From Candidatus Eiseniibacteriota bacterium (GTDB taxonomy: Bacteria > Eisenbacteria > RBG-16-71-46 > CAVPCR01), in contig CAWGMA010000003.1 of assembly GCA_963823555.1 (NCBI GenBank), forward strand, positions 480,001 to 544,000: a stretch of DNA of 64,000 bases. The letters run 5' to 3'. Below are positions 40,374 through 48,634 of the stretch, piece by piece. Under the pieces are notes generated by a model. The model was not told the DNA's origin. It saw nothing but the letters and a program-made list of their open reading frames with translations, and did no database searches. Made by a program: the position numbers and the translations under genes. Position 1 is the stretch's first letter, and every line of letters begins with the position of its first letter.

Positions 40374-42422
40374 ATGGGGTTCCGCGCCAAGACGGTGGCA
40401 GCCGTCGCCATCATGGTTCTCGCAACTGCTTCGCTCACCTTCGCTGCGCCGCGGGTCGTCCTGTTCGAGGATGCGACGAGCACGACCTGCCCGCCCTGCG
40501 GACCGACCAATCCGATCATCCATCAGATCGCCACCAACTATGGATCGCAGGTAGCCATGGTTGCCTGGCACTGCTGGTGGCCGGCGCCGGGTAACGATCC
40601 GTTCTATCTGCACAATCCTTCGCCCCAGCAGACCCGGATCAGCTACTACGGGATCAACTCCATCCCGGATTGCGTCATCGACGGGCTCACGCACGTCTAT
40701 CCATCGCCCTACTCGGCGATGGCCAACGTGATCAACAATCGGCTCGCCATTCCCAGCCCCCTCGCTTTCCAGAACATGTCGGGCCTCCTCCAGGGCTCCA
40801 ACATGAACCTCTCGTTCGACCTGAACGTGGAGACGCCGCAGGCCGGGACCAACTTCCGGCTGTTCGTCATCGCGACCGAGGAGGACATCCCCTACAACTG
40901 GCAGGGCCAGACCCACTGCTACGATGTCTTCCGCCAGACGAACGGCAACACCGGCGAGGTGATCGATCTGAGTGTCGGCGGCGTCCAGCACTTCAACCGC
41001 ACGCTGCCATTCAACGCCGCGTACAACCCGCTTGGCATGCACGCGGTCGTCTTCGTGCAGAACTACACCACCAAGGAGATCATCCAGGCCGGCGAGTTCC
41101 CGATCGCCGTTCCCTATCACTTCTCGGTGTCCTATGTCGGGGCGCCGGTGCAGATCGGGGCCAGCAATCAAGTGGTCAGTTACGGCGGGACCGTGCTCAA
41201 CGACGGCGGCAACCCCGATACTTACAACGTGAGCGTGAGCGGAGTGCCGGCCGGCTGGGCGTATTCCTACACCACGCCGGCGGGGACCTTCTCGGGTCCG
41301 AGCACGCTGCCGCTCAACTCGCAGGAGTCCGCAGCCATCAACCTGGATCTCGATTCACAGGGCAACTCGGGCTCGGCCACCGTGGAGATGACCTTCTCTT
41401 CACAGGCCGATCCGTTGCAGGTGCTGACCCTCGAGTTCCGCAAGATCAACGGGCTCACCGTGCTCCTTGTCGACGACGACAACGGCGAGACCCGCGAGTC
41501 CCGCTACGGGCCGAGCCTCGACGCGGCAGGTGTGGTCTGGGATCGCTGGGACATGGCCGCCTGGGGGACGCTGACCAGCCAGGATCTGCTCAATGCGGCT
41601 GACGCGGTGGTGTGGTTCTGCGGAGCGGGGACCATCGTTCCCTCCTTCACGGCGGACGAGCAGCAGGCGATCACGGACTTCCTGGCGGCGGGGGGCGATC
41701 TCTTCGTCAACGGATCCGACATCGGCTACATGCTCGCGGACGCCGGGAGCCCCTACTACACGGCGCAGTCGGCGGCCTGGTATGCAAGCACGTTCCGCGC
41801 GACCTACCAGACCAACTTCGTGTTCGGATCGACGATCAGCGGTATCGCCGGAGATCCGATCTCGGACGGCCTCGTGAACCTGACCCTGGACAACACGGTC
41901 TACACGCCGGGACTCCTCGACGGCGTCCAGGCGGCTGCCGGCGCCAACGAGGTGTGGACGTTCAACAACCAGACCTACAAGGCCGGGACCCGGTACGCCA
42001 ACGGGAACTCTCAGGTCGTGTACTTCTCGTTCCCGTTCGAGTGCCTGCCGCAGGCGAGCCAGCGTGATCTCGTGATGCAGCGGATCATCGATTACTTCGA
42101 GCTGTCGACGGCCGGTGTCGAGGATCCGTTGGCTGCGGCTCCGGTGCGGTCGAGCCTCGGGCAGAACGTGCCGAACCCGTTCAACCCGGTGACCGTGATC
42201 GACTATGCGCTGGCCCAGGCGGGCGACGTCAGCCTGCGCGTATACGATCTCAACGGTCGCATGGTGCGCGAGCTGGTGAACGGCCCACAGTCGGCGACCC
42301 GCTACCAGGTGGAGTGGGACGGCCGGGATGATGCCGGTCGTTCGCTCGCCAGCGGCGTCTACTTCTACCAGCTCAAGGGTCCGGGCATCCAGGAGACCCG
42401 GCGCATGGTGCTGGCCAAGTAG
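40374..42422 (+). CDS. Secreted Omp28-like/thioredoxin-fold (CPPC) multidomain protein with FlgD-Ig tail
   Basis: AAGGAGG RBS; signal peptide; VLFEDATSTTCPPC, WHCWWP...DPFY, YYGINSIP..VIDG; VLLVDDD domain; tail QNVPNPFNP...WDGRDDAG...SGVYFY...TRRMVLAK. Confidence 0.78.
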   Translation: MGFRAKTVAAVAIMVLATASLTFAAPRVVLFEDATSTTCPPCGPTNPIIHQIATNYGSQVAMVAWHCWWPAPGNDPFYLHNPSPQQTRISYYGINSIPDCVIDGLTHVYPSPYSAMANVINNRLAIPSPLAFQNMSGLLQGSNMNLSFDLNVETPQAGTNFRLFVIATEEDIPYNWQGQTHCYDVFRQTNGNTGEVIDLSVGGVQHFNRTLPFNAAYNPLGMHAVVFVQNYTTKEIIQAGEFPIAVPYHFSVSYVGAPVQIGASNQVVSYGGTVLNDGGNPDTYNVSVSGVPAGWAYSYTTPAGTFSGPSTLPLNSQESAAINLDLDSQGNSGSATVEMTFSSQADPLQVLTLEFRKINGLTVLLVDDDNGETRESRYGPSLDAAGVVWDRWDMAAWGTLTSQDLLNAADAVVWFCGAGTIVPSFTADEQQAITDFLAAGGDLFVNGSDIGYMLADAGSPYYTAQSAAWYASTFRATYQTNFVFGSTISGIAGDPISDGLVNLTLDNTVYTPGLLDGVQAAAGANEVWTFNNQTYKAGTRYANGNSQVVYFSFPFECLPQASQRDLVMQRIIDYFELSTAGVEDPLAAAPVRSSLGQNVPNPFNPVTVIDYALAQAGDVSLRVYDLNGRMVRELVNGPQSATRYQVEWDGRDDAGRSLASGVYFYQLKGPGIQETRRMVLAK

Positions 42423-42466
42423 TCACTCCGGAGTGATCGAGGGCGCTTCGGGCGCCCCGGGAAAAC

Positions 42467-42509
42467 GCGGGGCCGTGCGATCGAGACATCGCACGGCCCC
42501 GCCCTTTGT
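42467..42509 (+). terminator. Intrinsic terminator
   Basis: GCGGGGCCGTGCGAT-cgagac-ATCGCACGGCCCCGC perfect 15-bp stem followed by CCTTTGT. Confidence 0.65.
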
Positions 42510-42602
42510 GCCCCGGGCGCCACCCCGTATACTGACCCGATCCGGTCCCGGGATCGTTCATTCCCGGGGCCATCGGTCGCGGGCGACCGGAGGTGGTTCG
42601 TC

Positions 42603-44105
42603 ATGGCTTCAAGCGGCGCCAGGTCCAGAGCGAAGGGCGCGGCCAAGGTCATCTTCGTCTGCGCCGCCTGCGGCGGCGAGCGCCCGAAGTGGTTCGGACG
42701 CTGTCCCGAATGCGGGGCGTGGAACACGGCGAGCGAGGAGGTGCGGGCTCCGGTCGCGCGCGCCCCGCTATCGGGTGAGCCCTCGCCCGCCACGGCGGCG
42801 GTGCCGTTGCCGGCGGCCGGTGGGGAAGCAGGGGCGGATGATCGCCGCGCCTCGCGGCTCGCGACCGGCATCGGCGAGTTCGATCGCGTGCTCGGCGGCG
42901 GTCTCGTGCCCGGTGCCGTGACTCTCGTCGGCGGGGATCCCGGCATCGGCAAGTCGACGCTTCTCCTCCAGGCGATGGCGCACATGGCCCGCGCCGGTCA
43001 CCGCACGCTCTACGTGACCGGGGAGGAATCGGAGCGGCAGATCCGGCTCCGAGCCGAGCGCCTGGAAGCCGTGGAGCCGCTGGTCTTCGTCGTCGCCGAG
43101 ACCGAGATCGAGCGCGTGCGCGAGCACATCATGACCGTCGACCCCGCGGTCGTGGTCGCCGATTCCATCCAGACCCTCTACCGCGCCGATCTGCCGAGCG
43201 CGCCCGGCACCGTGAGCCAGGTGCGGGAATGTGCTTTCGAGCTCATCCGCATCGCCAAGGCGAGCGGACGTCCGATCTTCCTCATCGGGCATGTCACCAA
43301 GGAAGGCGATGTCGCCGGCCCGCGCGTGCTCGAGCACATGGTGGATGCCGTCCTCTATCTCGAGGGCGAGCGTTACCACGAGCTACGTGTGCTCCGCGCG
43401 CAGAAGAACCGCTTCGGCGCCACGACCGAGATCGGCCTCTTCGAGATGGCGGAGTCGGGCATGCGCGAGGTGGCGGATCCCTCCGGCGCGTTTCTCGCGG
43501 GGCGGGCCACCGGTGTGGCGGGGACCGCCGTCCTCGCGAGCCTCGAGGGCAACCGCGCGCTCCTCGTCGAGGTGCAGTCGCTCGTGGCGCGCGCGAGCTT
43601 CGACGGCGTCGAGCGCCAGTCAACGGGCATCGATCGGCGGCGGCTTGCGGTGCTCCTCGCCGTGCTCCAGCGCCGGGCGCGCGTGGCGCTCGGCAAGAGC
43701 GATGTCTTCGTCAGCGTTGCGGGCGGACTCCATCTCGAGGAGACCGCGAGCGATCTCGCGATCCTCCTTGCCATCGCCTCGGCGGCGACCGGAAAGCCGG
43801 TGCCGGCCGATCTCGTGGTGATGGGGGAGGTGGGGTTGGGAGGGGAGCTCCGTCGCGTGCGCGGCGGGGCGCGGCGCCTCGCCGAGGCCGCCCGCCTCGG
43901 CTTCACGCGAGCGATTGTCCCCGAGGCCAACGTCGCCGACGGGCGCGGCGTCGAGATCGAGGTCACCGGCGCGCGGGATCTCTCAAGCGCGCTCGTCGCG
44001 GCGCTGGGTGCGCAGGCGCTCACGGCCGCCCGACGCTCACGCGCAGCGAAGGACGATCAAGAGCGCGGAGCCCGGGCAATGCGTGACGGACGTCCGCCCG
44101 GCTAG
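42603..44105 (+). CDS. radA: DNA repair protein RadA/Sms
   Basis: CAACG...GRCPECGAWN, GGDPGIGKSTLLLQ, DSIQT, GHVTK, KNRFG, GEVGLGGE. Confidence 0.97.
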   Translation: MASSGARSRAKGAAKVIFVCAACGGERPKWFGRCPECGAWNTASEEVRAPVARAPLSGEPSPATAAVPLPAAGGEAGADDRRASRLATGIGEFDRVLGGGLVPGAVTLVGGDPGIGKSTLLLQAMAHMARAGHRTLYVTGEESERQIRLRAERLEAVEPLVFVVAETEIERVREHIMTVDPAVVVADSIQTLYRADLPSAPGTVSQVRECAFELIRIAKASGRPIFLIGHVTKEGDVAGPRVLEHMVDAVLYLEGERYHELRVLRAQKNRFGATTEIGLFEMAESGMREVADPSGAFLAGRATGVAGTAVLASLEGNRALLVEVQSLVARASFDGVERQSTGIDRRRLAVLLAVLQRRARVALGKSDVFVSVAGGLHLEETASDLAILLAIASAATGKPVPADLVVMGEVGLGGELRRVRGGARRLAEAARLGFTRAIVPEANVADGRGVEIEVTGARDLSSALVAALGAQALTAARRSRAAKDDQERGARAMRDGRPPG

Positions 44106-44920
44106 GCCATCGTCTGCCCGCCGCAGAGGTTCAAGGTCTGCCCGGTCATGCCGCTCGCCGCTTCGGAGCAGAGATAGAGGGCGAGCTCGGCGATCTCCTC
44201 GGGCTCGATCATGCGTCCGAGCGGTACGCCTTGCATCGCTCGCGCCAGGAACTCCTCGAACGTGATCCCGGCGGCCGCGGCCTGGGCGCTCATGCTCTGC
44301 TTGGCCATGGCGGTCGAGACCCATCCCGGAGCGATGGCGTTCACCGTGATCCGTTCCGGAGCGAGCTCGAGGGCGAGCGCTCGCGTGAAGCCGATGACGC
44401 CGTGTTTCGCCGCGCAGTAGGCGGCATACCCCGGCACGCCGAACCGGCCGAGCACCGAGGAAAGGTTGATGATCCGCCCGCCCGGTCCTGTCATATGACG
44501 GAGCGCGGCGCGGGTCATGTGCCAGACCGCGTCGAGATTGGCGGCCAGGATGTCGCGCCAGAGCCGATCGCGCTCGTCGGGACCGCCTGAGCTCGGTGTG
44601 GCACCCGCGTCGCGAAGCGGGGTGTAACCCGTGGCGCCGGCGTTGTTGACGAGGATGTCGATCGCTTGCCAGCGGCCGGTCACGGCGGACACGAAGCCGT
44701 GCACCTGGGCGGGATCACAGAGGTCGCAGGCATGCGCCATGGCCTCGCCGCCGTCCCGCTTGATCGCGTCTGCCGCGGCGTTGATCGGCTCCGCCTTCCG
44801 CCCGCAGATCGCAACCCGGGCGCCGGCGCGGGCGAAACGTGTGGCGATCGCGAGGCCGATGCCGCTGCCGCCGCCGGTGACGATGGCGACTCGAGCGCTG
44901 AGTTGAAGTTCTGGATTCAT
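44102..44920 (-). CDS. SDR family oxidoreductase
   Basis: VTGGGSGIG, LVNNAG, YCAAK (YxxxK), VNAIAPG. Confidence 0.92.
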   Translation of the reverse strand: MNPELQLSARVAIVTGGGSGIGLAIATRFARAGARVAICGRKAEPINAAADAIKRDGGEAMAHACDLCDPAQVHGFVSAVTGRWQAIDILVNNAGATGYTPLRDAGATPSSGGPDERDRLWRDILAANLDAVWHMTRAALRHMTGPGGRIINLSSVLGRFGVPGYAAYCAAKHGVIGFTRALALELAPERITVNAIAPGWVSTAMAKQSMSAQAAAAGITFEEFLARAMQGVPLGRMIEPEEIAELALYLCSEAASGMTGQTLNLCGGQTMA

Positions 44921-44931
44921 GGCCGGCGAGT

Positions 44932-46116
44932 CTAGCGGAGCCTACCCCCGCCCGCCAGCTCGAGGACCGCATCCACGAGCCGCGCCCACGAGGTCTCGGC
45001 GCGGCGCGCCGCGATCGCCTGAGCCATCGCCTTCCGATCGGCCTCCCGGAAGAAGCGGTCGATGGCCGCCGCCAGTGCCGCCGGATCGCCGGGGGGCACC
45101 AGGTATCCGGTCCGCCCGTCATCGACGAACTCCGGCAGACCCCCGACGTTGGTCGTGACCACGGGCCGGTCGTAGCGATAGGCGATCTGGACGATGCCGC
45201 TCTGCGTGGCCGAGAGATAGGGCAGGACGACCACGTCGGCGGCGATGAAGGTGCGCGGCACGTCCTCGTTGGGGGTGTATCCGGCGACGATGGTCACGCG
45301 ATCGGCGATCCCGAGCTCCGCGATGCGCTCCCGGTAGGGAGCCTGATCTTCGTAGAAATCGCCGACCACGAGGACTCGGAAGTCCTCACCGAGGAGCGCG
45401 CGGAGACGCGGCACCGCCTCGAGGAGCACCATGAGCCCCTTGTAGGCCTTGATGAAGCCGAAGAAGAGAATGACGCGGCTCTCCTTGATCCCGAGCTCGC
45501 CGCGTGCCGTCTCCTGATCCGGAGGCGGCTCGGCCGTGAAATCGTAGGTCGGATGCGGCACCAGCCGCACGCGATCCGGAGCCGTGCGCGGGAGGAGGGT
45601 GAAGAGTTCCGCCTCCACCGCCTTGGACTGCGCGATGTAGGCATCCATCTCGCCGAGACCAAGGCGCGTGATGAAGCGGCCCAGCGGCCATTTCTCGTGC
45701 GGGATGACGTTGTCGAGGATGGCGATCACGCGCACCCCGAAGAGCCGGCGCAGGAGCCAGGTCACGGCGAAGTACCCCGGGCCGAAGAAGGGCACCCACC
45801 ACTTGAGGACGAGCGCCCGAGCACCGCTCTGCTTCACCGCCCGCGCTGTCCGCCACCACGACCACGGATTCCAGGGCACGAACAGGGGCTCGTTGGGGAC
45901 CGGGATCGTCGCCGTCCCCGCCTCACGCTGGTCGCTCGCCGGGAAGCGGAGCTTGCGCACGACGGGCCAGTCCGGGACCCGCTCCGGATATTGCTTCCGG
46001 AAGCCGATGAACGAAACCTCGTGTCCGGCGCGCTCGAGCTCGCGATGGAGGAGCGCGAGGTAATACGCGATCCCGCCGCGCAGGGGATGAGCCGGGCCGA
46101 GAAGCGCGATCTTCAC
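44932..46116 (-). CDS. GT4 family glycosyltransferase
   Basis: GPAHPLRGGIA, LFFGFIKAYKG, VLPYLSATQSG, PVVTTNVGGLPE. Confidence 0.9.
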   Translation of the reverse strand: MKIALLGPAHPLRGGIAYYLALLHRELERAGHEVSFIGFRKQYPERVPDWPVVRKLRFPASDQREAGTATIPVPNEPLFVPWNPWSWWRTARAVKQSGARALVLKWWVPFFGPGYFAVTWLLRRLFGVRVIAILDNVIPHEKWPLGRFITRLGLGEMDAYIAQSKAVEAELFTLLPRTAPDRVRLVPHPTYDFTAEPPPDQETARGELGIKESRVILFFGFIKAYKGLMVLLEAVPRLRALLGEDFRVLVVGDFYEDQAPYRERIAELGIADRVTIVAGYTPNEDVPRTFIAADVVVLPYLSATQSGIVQIAYRYDRPVVTTNVGGLPEFVDDGRTGYLVPPGDPAALAAAIDRFFREADRKAMAQAIAARRAETSWARLVDAVLELAGGGRLR

Positions 46117-46126
46117 GGCGCCGATC

Positions 46127-47209
46127 TCATGCCGGTGGGGTGGCCGGTTTCAGGTGCCGCAAGCAAGCGGCCAGCACCCGCGGTACCTCGATCGCACGCA
46201 TGCACTCCCTGGGACACACGGGCTGGTAGTAGCAGTCGCAGGGGATCGAGGGCTCGAGGATCTCGCCGCGGTCGTAGAGCTCGAACTCGTGGCGATTGAA
46301 GATGTTGTTGAAGAGGATGAGGGGTTTCTTGAGCCCGATCGCGATATGCATCGCCATCGTCACGGCGGAGACGACCAGATCGGTCTGATCCACGAGGTCG
46401 ATGAACGTGGCGAGCGGGAAGTGCCCGGCGTACTCGGCGCCGCTCGCGGCCGCCAGCCGCCGGTTCTTCTCATCTTCGGCTGCTCCGCCCAGGAGGAGGA
46501 CGCCGAAGCCACGCTCCGCGAGCGCGCGAGCCAGCTCGATCCAGGATTCCTCCGGCCACAGGCGAGAGACCCAGCGCCCCCCGCAGCCGGTGTTGAGCCC
46601 GACCCGCGGGCGCAGCGAGGAGAGCGTCCATGCCTCGGCGGCCGGTCGGTCGAGGATGTACTCCTCGCCCCGCCAGCGCCGGCCGCTCGTGGCGAAGATC
46701 TCCTCGACATAGCTCAGACGGTTCGCCTTGCTCGCGTCGTCGAAGATGCCGGTCACGAACTTGGGCTCGGCATCCACGTCGGCGGGGGCCGGCACGCCGC
46801 CCTTGAGGACAAATCCCTTCCGCCGGCGCGCCTGGAGGCGCGTGGCCAGGGCGCAGGCTTCCGGATCCTTGTCGAGGTTCAGGACGAGATCGTACTCGGT
46901 GGCGAGGAGGCGGGTCACCGCGGCGAGATCGAAGGGGAGGACCAGGTCCACCGCCGAGCGCGGCACGACCTCGGGCGAGTGAGTGAGCCAGGTCACATGA
47001 GCGCGCGGAAAGTCGCGCCGGAGGCCGGTGAGGAGCGGTGTTGTGCGGATGACATCGCCGATCGCACCGAGCTTGATGATGAGAATGCGCGTATCGACCG
47101 GATCGTAGTGATCACAGTCGGTGCAGTGCACACCCTCCCGCTTGTGCGGCGCACAGGGGATGTCCCCCCGGAAGTGACGGCAGTCGGCTTTCCACGGTCG
47201 CTCGCTCAT
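46127..47209 (-). CDS. GT9 family (heptosyltransferase-like) glycosyltransferase with Cys-rich termini
   Basis: ILIIKLGAIGDVIRTTP, LNTGCGGRW..RLW, TMAMHIAIGL; N-terminal CRHFRGDIPC...HCTDC; C-terminal CDCYYQPVC...CM. Confidence 0.88.
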   Translation of the reverse strand: MSERPWKADCRHFRGDIPCAPHKREGVHCTDCDHYDPVDTRILIIKLGAIGDVIRTTPLLTGLRRDFPRAHVTWLTHSPEVVPRSAVDLVLPFDLAAVTRLLATEYDLVLNLDKDPEACALATRLQARRRKGFVLKGGVPAPADVDAEPKFVTGIFDDASKANRLSYVEEIFATSGRRWRGEEYILDRPAAEAWTLSSLRPRVGLNTGCGGRWVSRLWPEESWIELARALAERGFGVLLLGGAAEDEKNRRLAAASGAEYAGHFPLATFIDLVDQTDLVVSAVTMAMHIAIGLKKPLILFNNIFNRHEFELYDRGEILEPSIPCDCYYQPVCPRECMRAIEVPRVLAACLRHLKPATPPA

Positions 47210-47365
47210 TGCCGATCTCGAACCCCCTTGCGGAAAAGCAGAGGCCGGTCGGATAATGGCCTTTCGGTGCGCGAGCGGCAACGGCAAACCGCGGTGGTTC
47301 GAGACGGTTGCCGTCGCTGCCGGAGCAAGACGGTTCGCGATGGCGACGGGGTCGACGGGGAGAAC

Positions 47366-48070
47366 ATGCGCCAGGCACTCATCGTGGTAGCCGCAGGTGG
47401 CGGCCAACGGCTCGGCGGGGCCATCGAGAAGCCCTACATCGATCTCGAAGGACGGCCGCTGGTCTGGCATTGCTTGAAGACGCTCGACGTGCCCAATCTC
47501 TTCGACGAGCGGATCGTGGTCGTCGCCCCGCAGTCCGAAAGCCGCTTTCGCGAGGAGGTCCTGGCGCGCCACCCGCTTGAGTACCCGGTGCGGCTGGTCC
47601 CGGGCGGGGAGACTCGCCAGGAATCGGTCTGCCGCGGACTCGAAGCCGTTGGCGAGGACATCGACCTCGTTGCCATTCATGATGGGGCTCGCCCCCTCAT
47701 CGACGAGGATACGGTGCGCGCCACATTCAGCGCCTGCCAGGGCGTGGACGGCGCCTTCGTCGCCCTCCCGGTGCAGGATGCCCTGAAGCGCGTCGAGGGG
47801 GATCTCGTTGTCGAGGACATCGCGCGCACCGGCGTGTGGCGGGCCCAGACTCCCCAGACGTTCTGGACCAAGGTCATCCGCGCGGCCCACGAGGCGGCGC
47901 GCACCGATGGCTTCGAGGCGCTCGACGACGTTTCGCTCGTCACCCGCCAGGGGGGCCGGGTGCGCGTGATTCAAGGCACCAAGATCAACCTGAAGATCAC
48001 GCTGCCCGAGGACGTGAAGCTGGCGGCCGCGCTCCTGCGCGAACGCCAGGCCTCACACCACGAGGCCTGA
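47366..48070 (+). CDS. ispD: 2-C-methyl-D-erythritol 4-phosphate cytidylyltransferase
   Basis: VAAGGGQRLG, GGETRQESV, IHDGARP, AQTPQ, NLKIT. Confidence 0.95.
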   Translation: MRQALIVVAAGGGQRLGGAIEKPYIDLEGRPLVWHCLKTLDVPNLFDERIVVVAPQSESRFREEVLARHPLEYPVRLVPGGETRQESVCRGLEAVGEDIDLVAIHDGARPLIDEDTVRATFSACQGVDGAFVALPVQDALKRVEGDLVVEDIARTGVWRAQTPQTFWTKVIRAAHEAARTDGFEALDDVSLVTRQGGRVRVIQGTKINLKITLPEDVKLAAALLRERQASHHEA

Positions 48071-48133
48071 TCGGGGAAGGGGGCGCGAGCGCCCCGGGAG
48101 GCCCGTACCCCGGGCCCCAGCGAAGGAGGGGCG

Positions 48134-48634
48134 ATGGACTGGCTCATCCGTTCCGGTACCGGTTACGACATCCATCGCCTGGTCCCCGGTCGCCGCTTGA
48201 TCCTCGGCGGGGTCGAGATCCCGCATCCGGCGGGACTCCTCGGTCACTCCGATGCCGATGTCGCCGCTCATGCCATTGCCTCCGCCCTCCTCGGTGCCCT
48301 CGCCCTGGGTGATCTCGGCCACCATTATCCTCCGGCCGACCCGCGCTATGCGGGCATGTCCAGTCTCACTCTCCTCGCCGAGATCGCGGCCATGGTCGCC
48401 GGCCATCATGCCGAGATCATGAACATCGATGTGACGGTGGTCGCCGAGGCGCCGCGGTTGGCCCCCCACACCGGCGCCATGCGCGAGCGAGTCGCCGGCG
48501 CCCTCGGCACGAGCATCGAGCGCGTCTCGTTCAAGGCGACCACGAACGAAGGACTCGATGCCGTGGGCCGCGGTGAAGCGATGGCGGCGCACGCCATCGT
48601 CACCGTGCGCGTGCCGGCGAGCCTGTCCGCCTAG
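48134..48634 (+). CDS. ispF: 2-C-methyl-D-erythritol 2,4-cyclodiphosphate synthase
   Basis: GYDIHRL, GHSDADV, GDLG, KATTNEGL. Confidence 0.95.
   Translation: MDWLIRSGTGYDIHRLVPGRRLILGGVEIPHPAGLLGHSDADVAAHAIASALLGALALGDLGHHYPPADPRYAGMSSLTLLAEIAAMVAGHHAEIMNIDVTVVAEAPRLAPHTGAMRERVAGALGTSIERVSFKATTNEGLDAVGRGEAMAAHAIVTVRVPASLSA

Noticed and set aside
40480..40500. Selenocysteine in the Omp28-like redox motif
   Set aside because: Both Cys of CPPC are TGC codons, with no in-frame TGA.
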